A DNA stretch of 64,000 nucleotides from NCBI GenBank assembly GCA_036839715.1, contig DAITDU010000004.1:5917-69916 (forward strand). Reading direction: 5' to 3'. Below are positions 28,895 to 37,621 of this stretch, piece by piece. Position 1 is the stretch's first letter; every line of letters starts with the position of its first letter. This stretch comes from Clostridiales bacterium (GTDB lineage: Bacteria > Bacillota > Clostridia > Oscillospirales > Acutalibacteraceae). The position numbers and the translations under genes were made by a program. The notes beneath the pieces are model-generated. The model was not told where the DNA came from. It worked only from the letters and a program-made list of their open reading frames with translations, and searched no databases.

Positions 28895-29518
28895 TCAGCG
28901 GCTCTCCAGGAAAACATTGTTTTGCCGCTCAAAATCGAGCGTCGTCGGGGAACCATGCCCTGGGAACACACGGTAATCCCCTTTCAGTGCAGCCAGCCTC
29001 CGCAGGGAATCAAACAGCTGTGCATTGCTGCCCGTTGGGCAGTCGGTGCGGCCGCAGCTCAGCTTCATGAGGGTATCGCCGGAAAAAATTGCGTCTTCCA
29101 CAAGGAAGCAGCACCCTCCCGCTGTATGGCCGGGCGTACTCATTACACGGACGGTAAGGCTCCCCACTTCCACGGTGTCCCCGTTGTTCAGCGGCACATC
29201 CACCCGGAACGGCGGGACCGCGGAACCCGTGAACGGCTCAGCGAGGTTCAGCCTGCCGTCCCCCACAAGGAGCAGATCATTTACGGAAAGATATACCTTT
29301 GCCCCGGTTTCCCGGCAAAGTCGGCTGACACCTGAAATATGGTCAAAATGGCCGTGTGTCAGCAGGATAACATCCACGTGGCCGTTTTTCTGCACAAGGC
29401 TGGAAAGCTCTTCGCTTTCAAAGCCCGGGTCAATTACAGCTGCGGCACCTGTCGCTTCATCTTCAAGCAGATAGCAGTTTGTCGGCAGTGGCCCGCCGGG
29501 AATTCTCGTGATTTTCAA
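28895..29518 (-). CDS. MBL-fold metallo-hydrolase (glyoxalase II-like)
   Basis: 207 aa. LTHGHFDH motif. Confidence 0.85.
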   Translation of the reverse strand: MKITRIPGGPLPTNCYLLEDEATGAAAVIDPGFESEELSSLVQKNGHVDVILLTHGHFDHISGVSRLCRETGAKVYLSVNDLLLVGDGRLNLAEPFTGSAVPPFRVDVPLNNGDTVEVGSLTVRVMSTPGHTAGGCCFLVEDAIFSGDTLMKLSCGRTDCPTGSNAQLFDSLRRLAALKGDYRVFPGHGSPTTLDFERQNNVFLESR

Positions 29519-29556
29519 AAGGGAATGCCTCCTTAGCCTTTTCTGGCAGTTTGGGT

Positions 29557-31731
29557 TTAAGTGCGCCGGATTGAAACTACACCGTCTATTTTGGAAAGGC
29601 GCGCCATGATATTTTTCAGCTGTTCAATATTGCTGATGGAAATGGTTGCGGAAATGAAAGCGCCCCCGTTTTTCATCTCCCGTGAATTCAGGGAATGGAT
29701 AAAAAGGTGCATGTTAAAGAGCTGCTGCGTAATATCCGCAAGCAGGCCGGGGCGATCCCCTGCAACGATTTCAAGCGTTGTCTTAAACTCCTCATGCACT
29801 TCGCCCACCCACCGAACTTTCACCCATCGCTCCGGCTCCGCTGCTTCACTGATGACGGCAGGCACGTTGGAGCAACCGCGTTTGTGAATGGAAACCCCAA
29901 ACCCGCGTGTAATAAAGCCAATGATATCGTCGCCGGGCAGCGGATTGCAGCAGTGAGCAAATTTAACAAGGCAGTTGTCCATTCCGTCTACAATAATGCC
30001 AACGGGATTTTTGGCTGGGGAAGAGTGCTTTTCCTGTACAGACGGTGTAAGAGCTACGGTATGCTCCTTCTGCCATGCATCCTTGATTTTCGGCATGATT
30101 TTCCAGAGGGAAATCCCACCATAGCCGATTGCGGCATAAAAGTCGTCTGGCGAATTAAAGCTGTTGCGCGGGCCGATTTTCTTCAGGATGGAATTCAAGT
30201 TTTCTTCTGTAACGGAAATATTATCCCTGCGAAGCTCACGTTCCATTTCCGCTCTGCCTTCGACAATGTTGTCGCCGCGCTTCTCACGCTTAAACCATGT
30301 GCGGATTTTGTTCCTGGCTTCGCCTGTCTTGACGATTTTAAGCCAGTCGCGGCTGGGGCCGCGCGCCTCTTTTGAGGTCAGGATTTCCACAATCTCGCCG
30401 GTTTTTACTTTGTAATCAAGCGGGACAATGCGCTTATCTACCTTCGCACCAACCATACGGTTTCCGACAGCGCTGTGAATTGCATAGGCAAAGTCAATGA
30501 CGGTAGAGCCCATCGGCAGGTTAATCACGTCGCCGCGCGGTGTAAAGACGTAGACTTCCTCCGGCACAAGGTCCGATTTAATCATCCGGACAAGGTCGGT
30601 CACATCTTCGCTGTCTTTTTCATTGTCCAGCATCTGCCGGATCCAGGAAAGACGCTTTTCAAAGGAATCCTCTTTCCCGTCTGTAATGCCGAGCTTATAT
30701 TTCCAGTGTGCGGCAATTCCATATTCGGCGGTATGGTGCATCTCCCAAGTGCGGATCTGCACTTCAAACGGGATGCCTTCCTTACCAATAACCGTAGTGT
30801 GAAGGGACTGGTACATATTGGGCTTTGGCGTAGAAATATAGTCTTTAAAACGGTTCGGCAGCGGGCGGTACATATCGTGGATAATGCCGAGAACGTTGTA
30901 GCAGTCGTTAACTGTATCTACAATGACACGAACAGCATAAATGTCATAGATTTCATCCATCGAGCGGCCCTGTACAAACATTTTACGGTAAATTCCGTTG
31001 ATGCTCTTAACGCGGCCTTCCAGGTAAACGTTAGGGATTGTCAGGGAAACGCGGTCACGGATACGCTTCTGCGTAAGCTCAACAAAGCGTTTCCGCTCAC
31101 TGGCACGCAACTCCAGCCCATTTTCAATTTCTCTGTAGGCATAAGGGTCAAGGATCCGCAGGGAAAGGTCCTCCAGCTCTTCTTTCACGGCACGAATGCC
31201 GAGGCGGTGTGCAATCGGGGCATAGACTTCCATATTCTCAAGGGCTTTGTCGCGCTGTTTCTGTGGATCCCAAAATTCGCTTGTGCGCATATTGTGCAGC
31301 CGGTCGGCAAGTTTGATGATGATAACCCGGATATCTTCACTCATGGCCATGAGCATTTTGCGGAGGTTTTCCGCCTGCTGCACTTCGCGGGAGGAATATG
31401 GGATTCGTCCGAGTTTTGTAACGCCATCGGTCAGGCTGGCAATCTCGGGGCCAAATTCCTTGCGGATTTGTTCCAGCGTTACAGGAGTATCTTCTACCAC
31501 GTCATGCAAAAGGCCCGTTGCGACAGATTCGGTATCCATGCCAAGCTCTACCAGAATACATGCCGCGGCCACGGGGTGGGAAACATATGGTGCGCCGGAA
31601 AGGCGCTTCTGATCCTTGTGTGCTTCACAGGCAAGGCAGTACGCCCGTTCAATCACGCCAAGGTCATAATCACGGCCGCTGTTCTTAATCAGCGAAGCCA
31701 GGTCGTCAAACGTTTTCAGCTGTTCCGCCAT
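29557..31731 (-). CDS. relA: Bifunctional (p)ppGpp synthetase/hydrolase RelA/SpoT homologue
   Basis: HD hydrolase (HDVVEDT), synthetase, TGS and ACT regions are all recognisable. ATG 31731 is preceded by AGGTGG and overlaps the recJ 3' end by 26 nt. Confidence 0.95.
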   Translation of the reverse strand: MAEQLKTFDDLASLIKNSGRDYDLGVIERAYCLACEAHKDQKRLSGAPYVSHPVAAACILVELGMDTESVATGLLHDVVEDTPVTLEQIRKEFGPEIASLTDGVTKLGRIPYSSREVQQAENLRKMLMAMSEDIRVIIIKLADRLHNMRTSEFWDPQKQRDKALENMEVYAPIAHRLGIRAVKEELEDLSLRILDPYAYREIENGLELRASERKRFVELTQKRIRDRVSLTIPNVYLEGRVKSINGIYRKMFVQGRSMDEIYDIYAVRVIVDTVNDCYNVLGIIHDMYRPLPNRFKDYISTPKPNMYQSLHTTVIGKEGIPFEVQIRTWEMHHTAEYGIAAHWKYKLGITDGKEDSFEKRLSWIRQMLDNEKDSEDVTDLVRMIKSDLVPEEVYVFTPRGDVINLPMGSTVIDFAYAIHSAVGNRMVGAKVDKRIVPLDYKVKTGEIVEILTSKEARGPSRDWLKIVKTGEARNKIRTWFKREKRGDNIVEGRAEMERELRRDNISVTEENLNSILKKIGPRNSFNSPDDFYAAIGYGGISLWKIMPKIKDAWQKEHTVALTPSVQEKHSSPAKNPVGIIVDGMDNCLVKFAHCCNPLPGDDIIGFITRGFGVSIHKRGCSNVPAVISEAAEPERWVKVRWVGEVHEEFKTTLEIVAGDRPGLLADITQQLFNMHLFIHSLNSREMKNGGAFISATISISNIEQLKNIMARLSKIDGVVSIRRT

Positions 31732-33862
31732 TGTTTCCACCTGCCTTACAAAATGATTGAAGAGCAAAGGACAGCGGGGATTTCTCCAGACTGATCTTGC
31801 CTTTTACCGGAAGGAGCTGTACAGAATATGTAGTATTGCCGGATCGCTTGCAGCGGATAAGGCCACAGTCTGCAAAAACGGCAAGGGCTGTTAAAAGCTT
31901 TGCAAAGCCGGGGCCGCCTTTTGGCAACCGGTGGAACAGGTCTTCCGCTGTTCCGCGGTATCCCCCACCGCTGCGCAATGCCCGGTAGATGGCCGCACAG
32001 TCACTGCGCACCGGCAGAAGAGCTGCCGCTTCATCCGCAGTGAGCGGTTCCCCCCGGCGGAACTTCTCATATAGGGCACGCCCGCGGATCATCTCGCCGC
32101 CATCGTCTCCCGCAAAACGGATATCCCGTATGACAATGGAAAGCATTTCCCGTCCTTCATAGGTGCGCGACTGAAGCTCAACAGCCAAATCGACCGTATC
32201 GCCTGGGTGGTAGGTGAATTCTTCCAGTGTTGCCCCAAATCTCATGCAGGTAACGGAAGTATCCTTTTTCCGGACGGTAAGGCGCAGATGCTTTCCTCCT
32301 CCAACCGGTGTGATTTCTGCAATGGTAACGCCAAAAAGCCCAAAGAGAGGATTGGGGTTCCCAGTGCCGAAAGGCTCCAGGGCATGCAGACTCCGGGGAA
32401 TCTGGACACTGAGTTTTTCCGGCTTCAGCACGAGGTCAATCCGGAGGGAAGGCACCGGCATCGGTTCAGGCAGTGATGCCGCATAGCGGTTCAGGCCTTC
32501 GCGCAGGGCTTTCAGATTGGAGGCTGGGAGCGTCATGCCAGCAGCCATGGGGTGGCCGCCGAACTTGGTAAGCAGGGAGGAACAGGAACAGACCGCATCA
32601 AAAAGGGAAAAGCCTTTTACACTGCGCCCGGAGCCTTTTGCAATATCGCCGGAATAGGAAAGGACGACGCATGGTTTGCCGTAGTGTTCCGTAATATGCG
32701 CTGCAGCAATACCAATTACACCATGGTGCCATCCTTCTCCCGCAACAACAATCACACGGTCAAGAAGCAGGGACGGGTCAGCGTCAAATTTTTCTGAAAT
32801 TGCCTTCAGCACTTCTGCTTCGGCACAGCGGCGGGTACCGTTGCATTCCCCGACTTTCGCAGCAAGTTCACCCGCTTCGTCGGGAGAATCAGTTGTCAAA
32901 AGACGTACTGCAAGGTCGGAAGAATCCATGCGCCCGGTTGCATTGATACGGGGTACCACGGAAAATGCCACCCCTGAAGCCGTCAGTTCCCTGTGGTCCA
33001 TCCCTGCAATTTCCAACAGCGCCCGCAGTCCGACACGGTCTGTACGGGAGATCGACGCAAGTCCGGCCTTTACCAGCAGTCTGTTTTCCCCGGTGAGCGG
33101 CACGACGTCGCCGATTGTGCCAATGGCAGCCAGGTCAGCGTAATTGTCAAGCAGCGCATCCACCCCGGCTTCCGGCCCTTCCAGTGCCGAGAGGAGCTTA
33201 AAGGCAACGCCTGCACCAGAGTATTCCCGGAACGGGCATTTGCTGTCTTCCCTCCAGGCGTCAACAACGGCAATGGCTTTTGGCAGCACATTGCGCGGAC
33301 GGTGGTGGTCGGTAATGACAGTATCTATGCCAAGGCTGCCTGCATAATCAATTTCTGATACGGATAATATTCCATTATCTACCGTGACAATCAGCTTCAC
33401 GCCCTGCGCGGAAAGCGTGTCAATCGCTTTCCGGTTCAGGCCATAGCCTTCCTTTTCACGGTCCGGGATATAATACATAACATTCCCGCCGCAGGATTCA
33501 AGGTAAGAGTACACCATTGCGGTAGCGGTCACACCGTCGGCATCATAGTCGCCATAAACAGCTATCTTCTCAAAGCCGTCCAACGCAGCGGAAATGCGTG
33601 CCGCAGCCTTTTCCATATCGGGCAGCAAAAGGGGATCGGAAAAAGAGCCGCTGCCTGAAAGCAGCTTCTCCACTGCCTGCGGGCTTTTAATGCCGCGTGT
33701 TTGCAGCAATACGGCAAGAAGCGCCGGGATTCCCATTTCTCCGGCCATCTTTTTAGCAGCTTCACGGTCATATGGCAATATCTGCCATTTTTCGACGCTC
33801 AAATATTCCACCTGCCCTGTATATTGTTTTATTATAGCATCCCAACTCCTTTCATTCAACAA
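31706..33862 (-). CDS. recJ: Single-stranded-DNA-specific exonuclease RecJ
   Basis: 718 aa. DHH family motifs (VYGDYDADGVT, VITDHHRP) and DHHA1 (GGHPMAAG). Confidence 0.9.
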   Translation of the reverse strand: MLNERSWDAIIKQYTGQVEYLSVEKWQILPYDREAAKKMAGEMGIPALLAVLLQTRGIKSPQAVEKLLSGSGSFSDPLLLPDMEKAAARISAALDGFEKIAVYGDYDADGVTATAMVYSYLESCGGNVMYYIPDREKEGYGLNRKAIDTLSAQGVKLIVTVDNGILSVSEIDYAGSLGIDTVITDHHRPRNVLPKAIAVVDAWREDSKCPFREYSGAGVAFKLLSALEGPEAGVDALLDNYADLAAIGTIGDVVPLTGENRLLVKAGLASISRTDRVGLRALLEIAGMDHRELTASGVAFSVVPRINATGRMDSSDLAVRLLTTDSPDEAGELAAKVGECNGTRRCAEAEVLKAISEKFDADPSLLLDRVIVVAGEGWHHGVIGIAAAHITEHYGKPCVVLSYSGDIAKGSGRSVKGFSLFDAVCSCSSLLTKFGGHPMAAGMTLPASNLKALREGLNRYAASLPEPMPVPSLRIDLVLKPEKLSVQIPRSLHALEPFGTGNPNPLFGLFGVTIAEITPVGGGKHLRLTVRKKDTSVTCMRFGATLEEFTYHPGDTVDLAVELQSRTYEGREMLSIVIRDIRFAGDDGGEMIRGRALYEKFRRGEPLTADEAAALLPVRSDCAAIYRALRSGGGYRGTAEDLFHRLPKGGPGFAKLLTALAVFADCGLIRCKRSGNTTYSVQLLPVKGKISLEKSPLSFALQSFCKAGGNNGGTAENV

Positions 33863-33880
33863 GGTACCCCTTTAAGCGCC

Positions 33881-33918
33881 AAAAAACGAAGCGAGCCCGG
33901 CAGGGAAACCTGCCGGGC
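33881..33918 (-). terminator. Putative terminator of the CotF-like pair
   Basis: GCCCGGCAGG / CCTGCCGGGC stem. T6 lies 8 nt downstream on the minus strand. Confidence 0.55.
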
Positions 33919-33957
33919 AGCCTGTGCCTCCGAATCAAAAATAAACTGACGGTAATT

Positions 33958-34257
33958 TCAGCACTGTGATTTTGCGTTCTCAAATTTCTGTTTTGCCTGC
34001 TGCACTTTCTGCTGGTCTGCTGCTGGAGTTGGATACCAGCCGCGCTGCTTCATCAGGTCAAACACTTCTGCCTGAATCTGGTGCTCTTCACCGAGGAGAC
34101 GGAGAAACTGGTCACGCACGTTTGGTGTTGCACACTCGTTTGTAAATGTGTTATAGGTGTCTGTAATAAATTTTTGGGATGCAAGGACATCATTCATCAT
34201 ATCTTTCTCCGGAATGCTGCTTGCAGCCTGGTTTCCGCTAATCTGTGAAAATTCCAT
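33958..34257 (-). CDS. Coat F domain spore coat protein-like
   Basis: 99 aa. MMNDVLASQKFITDTYNTFTNECATPNVRDQF...EEHQIQAEVFDLMKQRGWY resembles the CotF family. Confidence 0.7.
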   Translation of the reverse strand: MEFSQISGNQAASSIPEKDMMNDVLASQKFITDTYNTFTNECATPNVRDQFLRLLGEEHQIQAEVFDLMKQRGWYPTPAADQQKVQQAKQKFENAKSQC

Positions 34258-34271
34258 TGTTTTGTTCCTCC

Positions 34272-34469
34272 TCAGCTTAAAAAGCTCATGAGCTGGTCAT
34301 AATGTGCCTGGTGCTTCTGCGCAATGGAGTCGCATTCCTGCTTGAGTTCTTTGTCGCTGCACATCTGCGAGTAAACTTTCATCTTGGAAATGATGGTTTG
34401 TTCGCTTGCCAGCTGGTCCTCAATAGCAGTTAATTCTTTTTCCGTAATCTGTGCCATTTTCTGAACCAC
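34272..34469 (-). CDS. Small helical protein paired with the CotF-like gene
   Basis: 65 aa. AAGGAG SD. 14 nt upstream of the CotF-like ORF. Function not recognised. Confidence 0.5.
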   Translation of the reverse strand: MVQKMAQITEKELTAIEDQLASEQTIISKMKVYSQMCSDKELKQECDSIAQKHQAHYDQLMSFLS

Positions 34470-34535
34470 TCCTTTTTTCTGAAAAACTTTTATATATTCA
34501 GCCTTTCGGCGAATAAGCAGCAGTTGAGGCGGCTT

Positions 34536-34907
34536 TTATGTAGCCTCCCGCATCTTCTGCCTTCCGCCGAGCCCAAAGCTGACGGAAAGTGCCTGATCCA
34601 CTCGTGACATGGACTGTGTATCAAGCGTCCCCATGCGCTCTTTCAGGCGTTGCTTGTCGATTGTGCGGACCTGTTCCAGAAGAACAATGGAATCTTTCGC
34701 AAGACCGGTTTTCCGCGCATCAAGCAGGATATGGGTTGGCAGCTTTGCTTTGCCGCGCTGGCTTGTAATGGCGGCGGCAATCACCGTGGGGCTGAACCGG
34801 TTGCCTACATCGTTCTGCACAATCAGCACCGGACGGATGCCCCCTTGTTCTGAGCCGACAACAGGGCTCAGATCTGCATAATAAATATCTCCTCTTCGGA
34901 CTACCAT
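34536..34907 (-). CDS. mazF: Type II toxin, MazF/PemK (EndoA-like) endoribonuclease
   Basis: 123 aa. MVVRRGDIYYADLSPVVGSEQGGIRPVLIVQNDVGNRFSPTVIAAAITSQ closely resembles B. subtilis EndoA as I remember it. AGGTGA SD. Confidence 0.9.
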   Translation of the reverse strand: MVVRRGDIYYADLSPVVGSEQGGIRPVLIVQNDVGNRFSPTVIAAAITSQRGKAKLPTHILLDARKTGLAKDSIVLLEQVRTIDKQRLKERMGTLDTQSMSRVDQALSVSFGLGGRQKMREAT

Positions 34908-35150
34908 AAGAATTTCACCTTCTGAATTGCTCCTGTATATTGCTTACAACGGTATTTTGGGCCCCTGCAAACCGAAATATACATCTGCAGTCCCGTTTTT
35001 ATAATATTAAGAACATGTTTCCAATGACATAAAGTCACAAGTTTTTTAATTTCCATTTTTGGAACCAACCGTCTTCTAGCAGGAAAAACAGCCGGTTTAA
35101 AATTCTGACGCAATCCATGGTGAAAAAAGTTTTGCAGCTTATCCGGGCAT

Positions 35151-35184
35151 AAAAATACCGGCGCTTTCCGGCGCCGGTATTTTC
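35151..35184 (-). terminator. Rho-independent terminator ending the glycosylation cassette
   Basis: Perfect 12 bp stem AAATACCGGCGC / GCGCCGGTATTT with flanking T/A runs. 22 nt downstream of the DUF2304 stop. Confidence 0.85.
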
Positions 35185-35205
35185 AGCAGTCCTTGGTAAT
35201 TTATA

Positions 35206-35580
35206 TTATCTTTTATCAATCAGCTCACGCGGGTCTGTCCCCTTGTCCTGCTTTTTTGAAGTCAAAAGCGCAATTGTCTGCGTAAGGCCTGTTATCTGTT
35301 CATCAATCCGTGAGAACTTCATCGTCATGCTGAATTGCTTCAGCAGAAGGACAAAAATGATGGCAAGATAAATCATATTGGCGGGTGACTGAAAGCCCAG
35401 GAGACCGGACAGACCAGTAAAAAGCTCCGGGAATAAACTCATCACCACAAGCAATACGGAAAACAAAGTCCACGAAACTGCATAGCCGATCTGCATTCTG
35501 CTCCTGCGGATTTGAAAGATAAAATAAACCATTGTGCCAACCGCCCCGACAATAAGGAGAATCCTCAGACCTAACGACAT
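35206..35580 (-). CDS. DUF2304-like small membrane protein (glycosyltransferase-associated)
   Basis: 124 aa with 4 TM helices. Overlaps the 3' end of the GT2 gene, the usual genetic context for this family. Confidence 0.65.
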   Translation of the reverse strand: MSLGLRILLIVGAVGTMVYFIFQIRRSRMQIGYAVSWTLFSVLLVVMSLFPELFTGLSGLLGFQSPANMIYLAIIFVLLLKQFSMTMKFSRIDEQITGLTQTIALLTSKKQDKGTDPRELIDKR

Positions 35581-36323
35581 ACTGCACTTTCCTTCTTTCC
35601 CGCTCTCTCCGGCGGCTTCAGCGGGCGGGCACTACCGCGGAAAGGCTGCACCAGCAGAATGGAAATCCCCATCCGGGCCATATAGCCAATACTGCGAGAA
35701 AAGCTCAGATAACTTTCCCCTGAACGGCGTTTATTCATTTTAACCTGAATTTCCGCAACTTTTGCCCCGCGCTTAATTAAGTAGCTTACCGTGTCCGGTT
35801 CCGGAGGATGATTAATCTGCGTTGCAAATTCACGGATCATCCGTCGGCTGTAAATTCGCATGCCGCTTGTCGGGTCTGTAATCCGACAGCCTGTTGTCAC
35901 CCGAATGGTCCAGGTGAGCAGGCGGCTGCCCGCCATGCGGGCAGTATGAGGCTTTTTCCCTACCAGAAAGCGACTTCCGATTACAATGTCGTAGCCTCGG
36001 GACAGCTTTTCTGCCATTGGTTCTATGTATTCCGCCTGGTGCTGGCCGTCGGCGTCGAACTGGATGGCTGCATCATAATCATACATATATGCGTAGCGCA
36101 TCCCCGTCTGGAAAGCTCCCGCAAGGCCAAGGTTCACGGGAAGGCTGAGGAGATGGTAGCCATGCTGCCGGCAAATTTCCGCCGTGCGGTCACTGCTGCC
36201 GTCATTGACAACAACATAATCAAACTGCGGGCATACCCGGCGGAGGTTCTCAACAACCCAGACGATATTCTCCGACTCGTTATAAGCGGGGATAATAATT
36301 AAAACGTGCAAAAGCGCCTGCAC
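35571..36323 (-). CDS. Family 2 glycosyltransferase (polyprenol-phosphate sugar transferase-like)
   Basis: IIIPAYNESENI and VVNDGSSD motifs. The start is uncertain (GTG 36323 or TTG 36311). Confidence 0.85.
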   Translation of the reverse strand: MQALLHVLIIIPAYNESENIVWVVENLRRVCPQFDYVVVNDGSSDRTAEICRQHGYHLLSLPVNLGLAGAFQTGMRYAYMYDYDAAIQFDADGQHQAEYIEPMAEKLSRGYDIVIGSRFLVGKKPHTARMAGSRLLTWTIRVTTGCRITDPTSGMRIYSRRMIREFATQINHPPEPDTVSYLIKRGAKVAEIQVKMNKRRSGESYLSFSRSIGYMARMGISILLVQPFRGSARPLKPPERAGKKESAVCR

Positions 36324-36377
36324 CTCCCTTGCCCCAGGTTCCAGATTTTCAGAGCATAAATAACATAATCTAAATTT

Positions 36378-36386
36378 ATTATATCA
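36378..36386 (-). promoter_or_regulatory. Candidate extended -10 promoter for the GT2-DUF2304 pair
   Basis: On the minus strand: TGaTATAAT, about 55 nt upstream of the GT2 start. Confidence 0.4.
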
Positions 36387-36417
36387 CAGAGGCATACGCC
36401 CTGCAAAGCGGGAAAAA

Positions 36418-37563
36418 TTACAGTTCTTCCCACGGGATATTTTGCAGGGCATCGCAGGTGGATGACACTGTGAAAACCTTATCCACTTTTTGCCGGGCGG
36501 CTTCTGCCGCAGCATGGCGCCGGACTGGATCGGAAAGGATATCCTTCAGCGCCTCCGCAATGGATTCCGGGCTGCCGTCCGGCAGGACTGTCCCATATTC
36601 CGGGCCGGAAATGAGTTCCCTGTTCCCGCCGCATGCCGTAGTAATAATATAGCAGCCGCAGGCGGCAGCTTCCAGCATAGAGGTAGACATCCCCTCACTT
36701 TGGCTCGGCAGGCAAAAAACGTCGCTCGCTTTCAGCAAAGCAAATATTTCTTTCTGGGGAAGGTTCCCCAGCACCCGTATGCGGTCACCGGACGAACACA
36801 GTTCTTTTTCCAGCGGGCCAAAACCGGCAAATGCCGCTACCGGGGCATCCGGCCCCTCCGGCAGAAGGCACACGGCTTTAGCAAGGTTCAACACACCTTT
36901 TTCCTCTACGAGGCGCCCCGTAAACAGCACCACCGGCCTCCCGGTCGGCAGATGGTAGCGTGAGCGGACAGAATTCCGGTCTACGCCGTGAGTCTCTTTT
37001 TCGATCTGCGGCAAATCAATGAAATTGTACAGCACGCCTTTTGCGTCGATTTTAAAATGTTTCAGCCATTCACAGCCAGCATGGCTCACCGCGTAAAAAG
37101 CAGGCACCCGGCTCCGGAGAACCGACGTGATAAAATGCTCATACCATTCGCCGCAGCGGTTCCAGAACGGGCTGCCGATATTCAGGTGCCCTGCGCCATG
37201 TTCAATCAGGATAAATTTTTTATGCTGCTTATGGCAACGCAGCGCTGAGAAAAAAGAGAGCGGGTAAAACCGTGTCTGGACAACAATACGGTCTGACCGG
37301 GCCAGAAACTTATCGAGCGTCCGGTAAAACGCCGGGCCCGCCTCTACGACAGGGAAACGTCCGCTGAGCGCAAGGAATCCGGGCACACGGATAACCTCAA
37401 TTCCGTCCTTATCGGTCTCCCGCTCCGGCAAACCGGGACGGGCACTTGTAACAACAACAGCATGTTCGCCGCGCGCTGTCAGCTCCTTTGCAAGGTTGTG
37501 CGTGTAGCGCTCAACTCCGCCGGGAACCGGCAGATACTGCGCCGTAATAAAACAATAGGTCAC
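36418..37563 (-). CDS. Family 4 (GT-B, group 1) glycosyltransferase
   Basis: 381 aa. C-terminal EGMSTSMLEAAACG (E-x7-E) motif. Confidence 0.85.
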   Translation of the reverse strand: MTYCFITAQYLPVPGGVERYTHNLAKELTARGEHAVVVTSARPGLPERETDKDGIEVIRVPGFLALSGRFPVVEAGPAFYRTLDKFLARSDRIVVQTRFYPLSFFSALRCHKQHKKFILIEHGAGHLNIGSPFWNRCGEWYEHFITSVLRSRVPAFYAVSHAGCEWLKHFKIDAKGVLYNFIDLPQIEKETHGVDRNSVRSRYHLPTGRPVVLFTGRLVEEKGVLNLAKAVCLLPEGPDAPVAAFAGFGPLEKELCSSGDRIRVLGNLPQKEIFALLKASDVFCLPSQSEGMSTSMLEAAACGCYIITTACGGNRELISGPEYGTVLPDGSPESIAEALKDILSDPVRRHAAAEAARQKVDKVFTVSSTCDALQNIPWEEL

Positions 37564-37621
37564 ATTTTCAGCTCCAGTTGCATATCTTCAAGCTTCAGGT
37601 CTCTTGCTGCGTTACTTAGGT

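Noticed and set aside
30475-31794. 439-codon ORF on the plus strand
   Set aside because: It is antisense to relA and is a shadow ORF. The same reasoning applies to 1385..2482, 14462..15550, 23839..24834, 38441..39010, 42500..43348 and 61032..61973.
34901-35113. 70-codon ORF upstream of mazF, considered as a canonical MazE/RHH antitoxin
   Set aside because: It shows no RHH or AbrB-like sequence, is extremely basic and Cys/His-rich, and has no SD. It has a TTG start in AT-rich promoter-like DNA. I kept it only as a low-confidence candidate inside the MazF finding and did not annotate it as a CDS.
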